The notes: generated from the letters alone by a model not told the origin. A DNA stretch of 36,020 nucleotides from Candidatus Hodarchaeaceae archaeon (GCA_030018135.1 JASEGJ010000011.1:1-36020); one strand, 5' to 3'; shown: positions 9,308 to 18,222, counted from the stretch's first letter. Translations and numbers: made by a program.

Positions 9308-9397
9308 TGGTGGACCGGGCGGGATTTGAACCCGCGACCTCCCGCTATTTCGGCTGAACATGCGAAGCGGGCGTTCATACCGCTGAACTACCGGCCC
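9308..9397 (-). tRNA. tRNA-Ala(CGC) with 14-nt canonical intron (9347-9360) and encoded CCA
   Basis: The reverse complement folds as a cloverleaf: GGGCCGG/CCGGTCC acceptor with G3:U70, anticodon stem CCCGC/GCGGG, T-loop TTCAAAT. Intron TGTTCAGCCGAAAT at 37/38 forms a BHB (TTCG/CGAA helix with 3-nt bulges). Confidence 0.96.
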
Positions 9398-9428
9398 CCA
9401 ACTTATTTTTCAGAATCAAGCCTTAAAG

Positions 9429-10486
9429 CTACGCCTCCCATTTGAGCAGAAGCAACCCCATTATCAAGAGAGCTAGTGCAAAGCAGGCCACGAAGGCAAG
9501 CGCTGGCGCGATATCGAGCAAGCCCTTTCCCCTAATTATTACATCCTTAAAAGCGTTTACCGCACGCGTCGTAGGCAACGCTCGTGCAATGGTCTGCATT
9601 GCCTTTGGCATAACTTCAACTGGTGCAAAAAGTCCGCCAAGCATGCTGATAGGCCAGACAATAGCTGACACCGAGTTTTCGGCAGCCTTTGGGGAACGCG
9701 CAAAGGTCAGGACCATTAAGCCAAGCCCAATACCAAGCAAAATTACTTAGCACTTATCAGAGCTATAAGCCAGATGCTTCCTGCTATTTTCAAGCCTAAA
9801 ACTCCCACCCCCGCGCCAAAAAACACCAAAACCTGCAAGCACCCTATAAGGAATGCCGACAGGAAATACCCTCCCAAAAAGCTCGACCTCCCAATCGGCG
9901 CTAACAAGTTTTGCTTAAATGTGCCGGCTTTCCGCTCGTTAAGTATGTCAACTGAAATGCCCATCCCCGCGCTGAATAAAATAAACATTATGCTCATACC
10001 AGAGACAAAATGTGAAACGGGGTCCCACTTTTCGCCCTTACCATAAACGCCTTCGATTGTGATGGGTACCTGTATCCTGAAAAAAGCTCGGGTGACGCCC
10101 TCGATCGTACGCACGGCGATGGTCGCTACCTCTCCCTGAGCCTCATCGTAGATTAAACGTACATTTCCCGAGCCCGCGGTGAATCCAGGAGGGATGATAG
10201 CGGCGGCTACGGTTTTGCCATCACGTACCCTAGCTTCAGCCTCGGCCACATCATCAATCCTTTCGATGACAAATATTTTTGTGTTATCTAGCGCTGAGAC
10301 GTAAGCATCTGCTAATTGGCCGTTATCCTGCTGGACTACCGAAAGCAATACACTGATTTCTCCTCCTCTAAAAATCAAGCTGAGGAAAGTGATTAGAAGA
10401 AGCGGAAATACAATTACCCAGAAAAGGGCGGTTCGATCCCTAGAGAACAGGCGTATGTTTTTTCCAGCAATCGTCAACAGCTTCAT
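9429..10486 (-). pseudogene. ABC-2 type exporter permease split by a 1-nt frameshift (pseudogene or assembly error)
   Basis: ORFs 9743-10486 and 9429-9740 are the N- and C-terminal parts of one permease ('ERKAGT..LLAP', 'LGGLFAPVEVMP..LPT'). Adding one base at GCTAAGTAATTTTG gives a continuous transmembrane helix (e.g. A-I-V-I-L). Confidence 0.8.
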
Positions 10487-10487
10487 C

Positions 10488-11420
10488 TTAATCCCTTAGT
10501 GCCCGCCCAATCAGCTTGATGAATACATCCTCAAGCGTTGGTTGAACTATGTGTAATGAGTCCACATGCACACCGCCGTCCGCCAACGATTTCACCACTC
10601 GACTGAGCACAACATCTGCTATCGGGGTGAGCAACCTTAACCCGTCCGACGTGGCATCCACTTTTTCGATTTTAGGTAATCTGCGTAATCCGACGACAAG
10701 CTCCTTCGGCACCCTCGCCTTCACCTCAATTACTTCAAGTTTTCCTATCGAGCGCTTGAGCGCGGCTGGTGCGTCGAGGGCAACGATTTTACCTTGGTCA
10801 ATGATCGCAACACGATCGCAGAGGTAATCCGCTTCCTCCATGTAGTGCGTAGTCAGCAGGATCGTGATGCCTTCGGCTTGAAACCTCTTGATAAGTTCCC
10901 AAACCGTTAATCTGGCCGCGGGATCTAAGCCTGTGGTCGGTTCGTCGAGGAATAGTATCTTTGGTTTGTGGATCAGCCCGACCGCGAGGTTGAGGCGGTG
11001 TTTCATGCCGCCCGAAAAGGTCTTAACGCGGCTCTTCGCGTGATCCCTAAGCTGTACCAGATCTAGTAGCTCGTCAATTCGTTTGCGGAGCTTGCTACCC
11101 TCGATGCCGTGAAGCCTGCCGAAGTAGGCTAAATTCTCAACTGCGGTTAAATCGTCGTATAGCCCCACATCTTGGGTTACGACTCCAATTATATCCCGAA
11201 CCTCCTTTGGTTGCTTTCGAATATCATAAGCGCCAACAATCGCAGTACCTTCCGTCGGCCGTAGAATTGTCGAAAGCATCGCCACGGTGGTGCTCTTTCC
11301 TGCGCCGTTGGGGCCGAGCAAGCCGAAGAGCTCGCCCCCCTCAATCTCTAGGTTTAAATGATCCACCGCTTTCCGGCCGTTAAAGACCTTCGTGAGATCG
11401 CGGGTTTCCACAATGGCCAT
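10488..11420 (-). CDS. ABC exporter ATP-binding protein (DrrA/NodI-like)
   Basis: GPNGAGKS, FSGGM, LFLDEPTTGLDP, TTHYMEEA, and C-terminal 'PTLEDVF'. Confidence 0.95.
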   Translation of the reverse strand: MAIVETRDLTKVFNGRKAVDHLNLEIEGGELFGLLGPNGAGKSTTVAMLSTILRPTEGTAIVGAYDIRKQPKEVRDIIGVVTQDVGLYDDLTAVENLAYFGRLHGIEGSKLRKRIDELLDLVQLRDHAKSRVKTFSGGMKHRLNLAVGLIHKPKILFLDEPTTGLDPAARLTVWELIKRFQAEGITILLTTHYMEEADYLCDRVAIIDQGKIVALDAPAALKRSIGKLEVIEVKARVPKELVVGLRRLPKIEKVDATSDGLRLLTPIADVVLSRVVKSLADGGVHVDSLHIVQPTLEDVFIKLIGRALRD

Positions 11421-11548
11421 GATTACGCACCGCAGGGTTTATCGCTTTTTTTAACTCTACCACCACATAAAAACATTCTGAGGCTTGTTTCTTTTTTCAA
11501 TGCTTTTATGTTTACGTTTATCGCTAACCCACAACCCACAACCGCATA

Positions 11549-11556
11549 TTTTATAA
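11549..11556 (+). promoter_or_regulatory. TATA box of the CxxC-x17-CxxC gene
   Basis: TTTTATAA. Usual archaeal spacing places the transcription start near 11578-11580, at the base of a predicted stem. Confidence 0.55.
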
Positions 11557-11578
11557 GCACCACGATTCAGGTAAAAGA

Positions 11579-11648
11579 GGATACGTCGGGTCTTCATAAA
11601 AGGGCCCCTCAAAGAAACAGCTAAGCTGTTGTCTTGGAGCTTGTATCC
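11579..11648 (+). ncRNA. Putative structured 5' leader (three-way junction)
   Basis: Closing stem GGATAC/GTATCC, hairpin GGGTCTT-CATAAA-AGGGCCC, and hairpin CTC..AAGA-AACAGC-TAA-GCTGTT-G-TCTT..GAG. Followed by an A-run and SD AGGAG. Confidence 0.5.
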
Positions 11649-11669
11649 AAAAAATAGGAGTGTAGAAAA

Positions 11670-11840
11670 ATGGCATACAGACGTTTTGGTGGCCGCAGAG
11701 AGGGCTTCCAGCGCGAGATGCATAAGGCAACGTGCTCCGATTGTGGAGCAGAGACGGAAGTCCCCTTTAAACCGGTCGAGGGCAGACCTGTGTACTGCAG
11801 GGAATGCTTCCAGAAGCGCCGAGCATCGAGGGGCCGGTAG
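11670..11840 (+). CDS. CxxC-x17-CxxC zinc-ribbon microprotein (56 aa, absent from the ORF track)
   Basis: MAYRRFGGRREGFQREMHKATCSDCGAETEVPFKPVEGRPVYCRECFQKRRASRGR. Exact C-x2-C-x17-C-x2-C spacing with the family 'VPFKP..GRPVYC' motif. SD AGGAG at 11656-11660. Confidence 0.93.
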   Translation: MAYRRFGGRREGFQREMHKATCSDCGAETEVPFKPVEGRPVYCRECFQKRRASRGR

Positions 11841-11996
11841 AGCAGTCCAATAATTTGGAATTCTGGGCCGTCCGCGCGGGTCAGTGGTAGCTTTCTTGAT
11901 TTTTTTTAAGTTTTTAATAAACAACGGTTGAAGGGAAGCAATCCACGGAAGAAATCGGGCTTTTAAACTCAAGAACATAATAAGAAGTTTTGGCGT

Positions 11997-12075
11997 GGGC
12001 CCGTAGCTCAGCTTGGCTCGGAGCGCTCGGCTGATAACCGGGAGGTCCGGGGTTCGAATCCCCGCGGGCCCACCA
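11997..12075 (+). tRNA. tRNA-Ile(GAT) with encoded CCA
   Basis: GGGCCCG/CGGGCCC acceptor, anticodon loop CTGATAA, T-loop TTCGAAT. TTTTAAA promoter element at about 11961. Confidence 0.97.
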
Positions 12076-12115
12076 CCCGAAAAATTTATGTGACCTTCAA
12101 AAAATTTTCTAAAAA

Positions 12116-13492
12116 TTGAGGATCGCTTTGGAGGATATCAGAGAAGCACCCGAGGCGGTTCGTGAGTGGGAGCGAATCTCGGCCCACTCCCATGTCGTCG
12201 GGTTGGGCTTGGATGGCCTAAAGGCGAGGCCGGTGGCAGGCGGCATGGTCGGCCAAATTGAAGCGAGAGAAGCCGCAGGCATAATTGTCGACATGGTGAG
12301 AAAGGGGAAGTTCGCGGGCAGGGCGATACTTTTGGCCGGCCCCCCGGGGACGGGTAAGACCGCGCTCGCTACAGCTATAGCGAAGGAGCTGGGGCGGGAT
12401 GTGCCCTTCGTGCCAGTAGCCGCGAGCGAGATCTATTCGGCTGAGATCAAAAAGACCGAGTTCTTGACGCAGGCGCTCAGAAAGGCGATAGGCGTGCGGA
12501 TACACGAGATGCGCAGGATCTACGAGGGCGAGGTAAAGGAACTCTCGGTCAAGGAGGAACCGCATCCCTACAATCCTTACTCGAAAGTGCCGACGGGTGC
12601 GACGATAAAGCTCGCTACCGCCGACGCATCTCAGAAGCTCACGATGGATCAATCCTTCGCCATTTCGCTCATTAGGCAAGGAGTTGAAACTGGCGACATC
12701 GTTCAAATAGACGCCGATAGCGGCAGGATAGCCAAGGTGGGCAAGTCGAAGGAGGCGGCTGAGAAGGAGAAGCTCGACCTCAGCACAGTCCAAGCAGTTG
12801 AAGTCCCCAGCGGACCAGTGTTGAAGCACAAGGAGTTCGTCTACACCCTGACGCTGCACAACCTCGACGTTGCCCAATCCCGCGCCGGTATAAGTATGTT
12901 CAGCCTCTTCTTCGGTGGGGAGGATAGGAAGGAGATCTCCAACGAAACGAGGAGGGGCGTCGACGAAGCCGTTAGATCGTGGGTTGAAGAGGGGCGAGCG
13001 GAGATCCTTCCGGGCGTGGTGTTCATCGACGAGTGCTCGATGCTCGATGTGGAGACGTTCTCATTCTTGGGGAGGGCGATGGAACAGGAATTGGCGCCCA
13101 TAATCATCTTCGCCACCAATCGGGGCATAACCATCGTCAGGGGTACGGATCTAAAATCGCCGCACGGCATGCCGCTAGACCTGCTCGACCGGATGCTCAT
13201 CATAAGCACGAAGTCGTACTCGCGGGAGGAGATTCTCGAGATCCTGAAGATAAGGGCCAAGGCGGAGAAGGTCGAGCTGCCCAAGGAGGCACTTGAATAT
13301 CTCGCCGATATAGGCGAGGCGACATCGCTGAGGTATGCGGTTCAGCTCCTCGCCCCAGCTTCGAACATTGCGGAGGCCGAGGGATCGAAGAGGGTAAAGA
13401 AGGAGCACATCGAACGGGTCAAGCAGCTTTTCGCGGATATCAAGCGATCGGTCGCATATCTTCAGGAGTATGAGGCCAAGATGCTCAAATAA
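12116..13492 (+). CDS. tip49: TIP49/RuvB-like AAA+ ATPase
   Basis: 'RISAHSHVVGLGL', 'GMVGQIEAREAAG', GPPGTGKT, 'SEIYSAEIKKTE', 'FATNRG', 'SPHGMPLDLLDR', 'TSLRYAVQLL'. Confidence 0.95.
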   Translation: MRIALEDIREAPEAVREWERISAHSHVVGLGLDGLKARPVAGGMVGQIEAREAAGIIVDMVRKGKFAGRAILLAGPPGTGKTALATAIAKELGRDVPFVPVAASEIYSAEIKKTEFLTQALRKAIGVRIHEMRRIYEGEVKELSVKEEPHPYNPYSKVPTGATIKLATADASQKLTMDQSFAISLIRQGVETGDIVQIDADSGRIAKVGKSKEAAEKEKLDLSTVQAVEVPSGPVLKHKEFVYTLTLHNLDVAQSRAGISMFSLFFGGEDRKEISNETRRGVDEAVRSWVEEGRAEILPGVVFIDECSMLDVETFSFLGRAMEQELAPIIIFATNRGITIVRGTDLKSPHGMPLDLLDRMLIISTKSYSREEILEILKIRAKAEKVELPKEALEYLADIGEATSLRYAVQLLAPASNIAEAEGSKRVKKEHIERVKQLFADIKRSVAYLQEYEAKMLK

Positions 13493-13543
13493 TTCAAAAA
13501 TCGACCTTTCCTCATGGTCTCGCCCAATCCTATTTGTCGATTT

Positions 13544-13564
13544 TTTTGCCCAACTAGGGCAAAA
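13544..13564. terminator. Inverted repeat downstream of tip49 (possible terminator or operator)
   Basis: TTTTGCCC-AACTA-GGGCAAAA, overlapping a T7 run. Confidence 0.35.
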
Positions 13565-13696
13565 TCCTCCCGCCCACGTAAACTGGAGACCAGTTCTCAC
13601 GTCCGTCGCTTCGCCTTGGCCAATAAAAAATATTGTGCTGTGGTTGTGGTGCGGCTATGGTTACGAGAGCCTTTTAAACAAATGCCAAAACCATTC

Positions 13697-14599
13697 ATGG
13701 GACTGAAAACGGCGAGGCGAAAACCGAGGGTCTCCGCGAAAATGGGGCTGATCGCGGGAGTCACCTTGGCCTGCATAGCGGCAGCTGCAATCGCCCTAAC
13801 CAGACCGGCACCAGCAAGGTTTGAGGTCTCGGATCTGGTGATAGATCCAAGCGAGGTCGAGGCGGGTAAGCCAGCTGAGATCTCGGTCAAGGTGAAAAAT
13901 GTCGGTGAAGCCGCCGGTACATATACCGCAGTTTTGAGGGTGGATGGCAGGGTGGAGGCTACGAAGGACATAGCGCTCGCGGGAGGAGCAACGCAGACGG
14001 TATCGTTCACGATAACGAGGGATGTCGTCGGGACGTGTGGGGTGGAAGTGGATGGGCTGGGCGGAGACCTAAAAGTTTACTTCGAGCTTGCGGACGCAGT
14101 TGGGGACGTCGAATATTTCTTTGATATAACCGGGATCACGCTTGTGAGGGAGGAGGATGGCCTGATCCTGATAATGGAGGCATCGCGCGACATCCCAACA
14201 TTGGGGGGACTCGATTCCGGGGTTTATTGTTTCTTCTTCGACGTGGACAATGATCATTCCGCGGACTTCGAGGTTTTTGGTCTTTATCGTGGGCCATTGC
14301 ATATCTCCCTCCTCGATCGTCAGGAAATGGATCTAATGGAGTTGACATACGAGCACTTAGGCCGGGCGCTAAAGATAAAGATACCGTTGGCTGAAATGGG
14401 AAGCCCGGAGTCGTTCAACTTCAGGGCCGAGGTCTACGTAGTGGGGCGGGGGCGCAGCTTTCCGATACCGCCCCGGACGCTGGATGGGCCGAAGTACGCC
14501 TCGCCTAATCTAAGAAAGGGCAGGACCGTGAAAAGGAAGCTATCCGCCGAGTTGAGGAAAAATCGCGCGGTTCGATCTACGGGCCGGAATCGAGCATAA
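13697..14599 (+). CDS. Membrane-anchored/secreted CARDB (Ig-like) domain protein, probably frameshifted near its 3' end
   Basis: Basic N-terminus plus hydrophobic helix, then CARDB pattern 'FEVSDLVIDP..ISVKVKNVG..G..TAVLRVDG..QTVSFTI'. TTTTAAA at about 13672 supports the start at 13697. The -1 frame ends 'SDTAPDAGWAEVRLA*' at 14508. Confidence 0.7.
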   Translation: MGLKTARRKPRVSAKMGLIAGVTLACIAAAAIALTRPAPARFEVSDLVIDPSEVEAGKPAEISVKVKNVGEAAGTYTAVLRVDGRVEATKDIALAGGATQTVSFTITRDVVGTCGVEVDGLGGDLKVYFELADAVGDVEYFFDITGITLVREEDGLILIMEASRDIPTLGGLDSGVYCFFFDVDNDHSADFEVFGLYRGPLHISLLDRQEMDLMELTYEHLGRALKIKIPLAEMGSPESFNFRAEVYVVGRGRSFPIPPRTLDGPKYASPNLRKGRTVKRKLSAELRKNRAVRSTGRNRA

Positions 14600-14679
14600 T
14601 CTAACCAAACCAGCCCCCCTTTTGTTGCCATTAGCAGGATGTATTCATCATAAGCAACCTAGATTTAGGCGAATCGACT

Positions 14680-16605
14680 TTAAGACTTCTTTTTACGTCC
14701 CTCTACGGCCCTCTTGATCTCATCTATGGCTGTCCTGTCCTCTATCGTGGAGTAATCCCCGAGCGGTTGACCGGTAATTATGGCTTTTATGAGTCTCCTC
14801 ATTATTTTACCGCTTCTAGTCTTTGGGATCTTATCGACGAAGCTAATGTCCCCGAGTACCACGACCGGGCCCATGGTATCCCTGACGGTTTTTCTGAGTT
14901 CGTCCTGTAGCTCGTCGCTGGGGACGTGGTCCTTTTTAAGGACCACGAATGCGGTCGCGACTTCCCCCCTCAGAGGGTCCGGCTCCCCAGTTACGGCCGC
15001 CTCAGCGACGGCCGGGTGGGAGAGGAAGGCGCTCTCTACCTCCACGGTTCCAACCCTGTGTCCCGCAATCTTTATCACCTCATCGGCCCTCGCGACGAAC
15101 CATATGTATCCGTCCTCGTCTTTTTTGGCCGCATCCCCCGTGTAATAGCAGTTCGGGATTTGGTTCCAGTACTCTTCGACGTACCTTTCGTCGGCCCTCC
15201 ATAAGGTCTGGGTTAGCCCCGGAAATGGTCTCCTGCATACGAATATGCCCTCCCTCCCGGGTGGAAGTGACCTGCCCCTTTCATCTACCACGTCCCCATC
15301 GATACCCGGGAGGGGTATGCCCGCCGAGCCCGGTTTTATGGGAATCGTCGCGATGCCGTAAGGGTATCCGGTCATGGGGCCCGAACTCTCCGTCTGCCAC
15401 ATGTGATCTATCACGGGGGCCCTATCCTTCAGGACGACCTTCTGCAACCAACTCCACGCAGGAGGATTAAGGACCTCCCCGGCACAAACCACCAATTCAA
15501 TTGTACTTAGGTCGTGTTTATTGGGCCATTCGTCACCATATCTCATCAGCCCCCTGATCAAGGTTGGGGACATCCACAATCGCGTTACCTTGTTTTTCTC
15601 CACCAACCTCCACAGGATATCGGGCTCAGGGTAGTCGGGGGTCCCCTCGTACATAAGGGTGGTGCAACCGATGAGGAAGGGCGCATAAACGACGTAACTG
15701 TGGCCGACTATCCAACCAATGTCGGACAGACACCACCAAATATCACCGTCCTTCAAACCGTAGACCCACTTCGCCATGGCATATATGTGAACCTGGTAAC
15801 CGCCGTGGGTCTGGACCGTCCCCTTCGGTTTTGCGGTGGTTCCCGAGGTGTGAAGGATGAATGATAGCTCGTTGGACCCCATCGGGACGACATCTGCGGT
15901 TATTCCCTTGCCCTCGTCCAGTGCTTTCTCCCAGCAGATGTCCCTTCCATCCCTCATTGGGAGCTCCACCTCGCCCCTCCTCAGCACTATGACTTTCTGA
16001 ACCTCGTTGGGCATCTCCAAGGCCTTATCGACTATTCCCTTTAGGTCGATTGCTTTCCCCCTCCTGTACCCCACATCCGCGGTGATCAGCACCTTTGAGC
16101 CCGCGTCCGCCACCCTATCGGCGACAGCCTTGTACCCGAATCCGGCGAACACGACCGAGTGAATGGCACCTATTCTGGTGGTTGCCAACATCGCTATCGC
16201 TGCCTCGGGGATCATCGGCATACATATGGTTACCCTATCCCCCCTCCCCACCCCGAGTGCCTTCAGCGCCGCCGCGAACCTCTCCACTTCACGAAGCAGT
16301 TCTCTATAGGTCAAAACCCTAGTTTCTCCAGTTTCGGCCGACTCCCAGATGATGGCTGCTTTATCACCCCTATTTTTCTTAAAAACTTGATAATCGAGGC
16401 AATTGTAGGATATGTTAGTCTTCCCACCCACAAACCACTTGAAGAATGGATACCCTTCCTCCTTGTAGACCTTTTCCCAGGGCTCAAACCAGTGGAGCTC
16501 CTTAGCGATTTCTCCCCAGAAGCCCTCCATGTCATTTGCCGCCCTATCCAGCATTTGCTTGAGCTGCGGTGGAAATTGCATCTTCCTCGATTTTTCCTCT
16601 CCCAA
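14680..16605 (-). CDS. acs: AMP-forming short-chain acyl-CoA synthetase (Acs/PrpE family)
   Basis: 'HTSGTTAKPKG', 'WQTE', 'YYTGD', 'PKTRSGKIMRR'. Start likely TTG 16605 or ATG 16581 rather than 16737. Confidence 0.9.
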   Translation of the reverse strand: MGEEKSRKMQFPPQLKQMLDRAANDMEGFWGEIAKELHWFEPWEKVYKEEGYPFFKWFVGGKTNISYNCLDYQVFKKNRGDKAAIIWESAETGETRVLTYRELLREVERFAAALKALGVGRGDRVTICMPMIPEAAIAMLATTRIGAIHSVVFAGFGYKAVADRVADAGSKVLITADVGYRRGKAIDLKGIVDKALEMPNEVQKVIVLRRGEVELPMRDGRDICWEKALDEGKGITADVVPMGSNELSFILHTSGTTAKPKGTVQTHGGYQVHIYAMAKWVYGLKDGDIWWCLSDIGWIVGHSYVVYAPFLIGCTTLMYEGTPDYPEPDILWRLVEKNKVTRLWMSPTLIRGLMRYGDEWPNKHDLSTIELVVCAGEVLNPPAWSWLQKVVLKDRAPVIDHMWQTESSGPMTGYPYGIATIPIKPGSAGIPLPGIDGDVVDERGRSLPPGREGIFVCRRPFPGLTQTLWRADERYVEEYWNQIPNCYYTGDAAKKDEDGYIWFVARADEVIKIAGHRVGTVEVESAFLSHPAVAEAAVTGEPDPLRGEVATAFVVLKKDHVPSDELQDELRKTVRDTMGPVVVLGDISFVDKIPKTRSGKIMRRLIKAIITGQPLGDYSTIEDRTAIDEIKRAVEGRKKKS

Positions 16606-16783
16606 ACTATCGCCCAAAAGGTTGTTGTGGTCCTCTTTTACATAAAAGGATGTGATGGAGGGGTGGCGCGAACTGGGGGCAATTTGCGAGGAAAATCCCG
16701 AGGAATCAACGGCAACACCGTTCGAGCTAGGTGACAACCCTTAATCCACGCTGTGGTGGCACCCCCTTGACGCCGCCCCCCGA

Positions 16784-18052
16784 TTACCCGTATTTCTCGA
16801 CGAATGCCCTGAGTGCTTTCTTAAAGCAGTCCATCGGCGCCCGCACGAGCCCGAACCCAACCCCCCCGACCCCGGCTTTCTTGTGGGTCACGCCGGTGTT
16901 TATGGATGGCTCTATCCCGGTCTCGACCACCTTTCGTATGTCTATCCCCAGTGATGTCCCCTCGAAGTTCATGTAGGGGATTGTGAATGCCTTGTGTCTG
17001 GCGATGGTTACCTCCCTCATCTCCCGCGTGAAGTTCTCGGCGTCTTTCACCGTCCCTCCGACTACTTGGACGACCGCCGGTGCGCAGATGCAAGCGAAGT
17101 TACCCAAGCCCATTGTTTCCATGATCGCGCTATCTCCGATATCCCCGCCCTCATCTCCCTCCTTGAAGCCCGGGAAGAACAGCGTTTTCGGCTTGGGGGC
17201 TGGCGCGGTGAACCACTGCCCGGGGAGACCGCTGACCCTAATCCCGAAGTCGGTTCCGTTCCTCGTCATCGTCGTGACCACGGTGCTGTAATCGATCCCA
17301 TGTCCAGCATCAAGCATCGCCTTGGACGCAGCCATCGAGAGCTGGAGGAAGGTCAGCTCGTTCCTGCCCATGAACTCCATTACCCTGCTCACAATTTTCC
17401 CGTCGAAACCCGTCTCAACCATATGGGGGCTCATGGTCTTCAAGAAGATGAGGCTGGCCGCGGTGTTCCTGCAATGGAGCTCGTCTCCCATATGGAGGGC
17501 CTTCGCCATTATCCCCACGAGGTCAATCGGACCTGATCTCTTGAATGCCTCCGCCAGCAGCGGGGCCATCTCGCTCTCCATCCACCTCAGCCTATCCAAC
17601 ACTTCCTCCGAGTAGGCCCCGTACCTCAAGACCTTGCCCAACCCCTCGTTGAGGTTGCAATAGGCCATGTTTCCGTGCACCTCGTTCTTGACCACGTACA
17701 CGGACATCGAGGGCGAGGTTATCCCTGCCATCGGACCGACCGAGTCGTGGTCGTGGCAAGCGGCAAACTCTATCTCCCCGCGCTCGGCCATTTTCGCCGC
17801 TTCCTCAGGGGTATCGACCCAGCCCTCGAAGACGGCGGCGCCCATCACGGCTCCGCGCTGCGGGTCACACATCCTCTCCCACGTGATGGGGGGGCCCGCG
17901 TGAAGGAGCATGTGTTCTTTCGTCCCTGGTATCACGTCCCTCGCTTTCTTGATCCCGATTACCGTCGGCTTGGCCTCCATGATTTTCTTAACAGCTTTTT
18001 CATTCGCCTCCTCTATTTTTCCCAATTCCCTCACCCCTTCACCCTTGTTCAA
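16784..18052 (-). CDS. DUF1116 / YlbE (AllG)-family protein
   Basis: 'LLHAGPPITW', 'VGPMAGITSPSM', 'NEGLGKVLRYGAY', 'ALHMGDELHCRN', 'RNGTDFGIRVSG', 'DIGDSAI', 'INTGVTHK'. Start possibly TTG 18025. Confidence 0.9.
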   Translation of the reverse strand: MNKGEGVRELGKIEEANEKAVKKIMEAKPTVIGIKKARDVIPGTKEHMLLHAGPPITWERMCDPQRGAVMGAAVFEGWVDTPEEAAKMAERGEIEFAACHDHDSVGPMAGITSPSMSVYVVKNEVHGNMAYCNLNEGLGKVLRYGAYSEEVLDRLRWMESEMAPLLAEAFKRSGPIDLVGIMAKALHMGDELHCRNTAASLIFLKTMSPHMVETGFDGKIVSRVMEFMGRNELTFLQLSMAASKAMLDAGHGIDYSTVVTTMTRNGTDFGIRVSGLPGQWFTAPAPKPKTLFFPGFKEGDEGGDIGDSAIMETMGLGNFACICAPAVVQVVGGTVKDAENFTREMREVTIARHKAFTIPYMNFEGTSLGIDIRKVVETGIEPSINTGVTHKKAGVGGVGFGLVRAPMDCFKKALRAFVEKYG

Positions 18053-18222
18053 AGTTTCTTCAACTTATCGAGCAGGTCTGCCATCTCCCGGTCCCCTCCG
18101 GCAGGCGGCCTCCAATCGACGTGAACCGTATCGGCCCCCTGAGATTTAAGATCATCATAAAAATGTTTTGCACCAACGTTGATGATCTTTGGCTCCCGCA
18201 GGAATCTCGCTGGTTCCCTCAT
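18049..18222 (-). CDS. Small stand-alone FdrA C-terminal module (57 aa)
   Basis: 'IINVG..F..DL..QG....HVDWRPPAGGD..MADLL' matches the C-terminal tail of E. coli-type FdrA. It has its own SD (GGTGGAGG) and an ATGA overlap with the fdrA stop. Confidence 0.8.
   Translation of the reverse strand: MREPARFLREPKIINVGAKHFYDDLKSQGADTVHVDWRPPAGGDREMADLLDKLKKL

Noticed and set aside
11457-11978. 173-aa minus-strand ORF and 74-aa plus-strand ORF
   Set aside because: Shadow frames of the real 56-aa zinc-ribbon gene and promoter DNA.
9398-11996. tRNA-bounded integrative element carrying the ABC exporter
   Set aside because: The segment is more AT-rich, but it lies at the 5' ends of both tRNAs, with no integrase and no duplicated tRNA 3' fragment.
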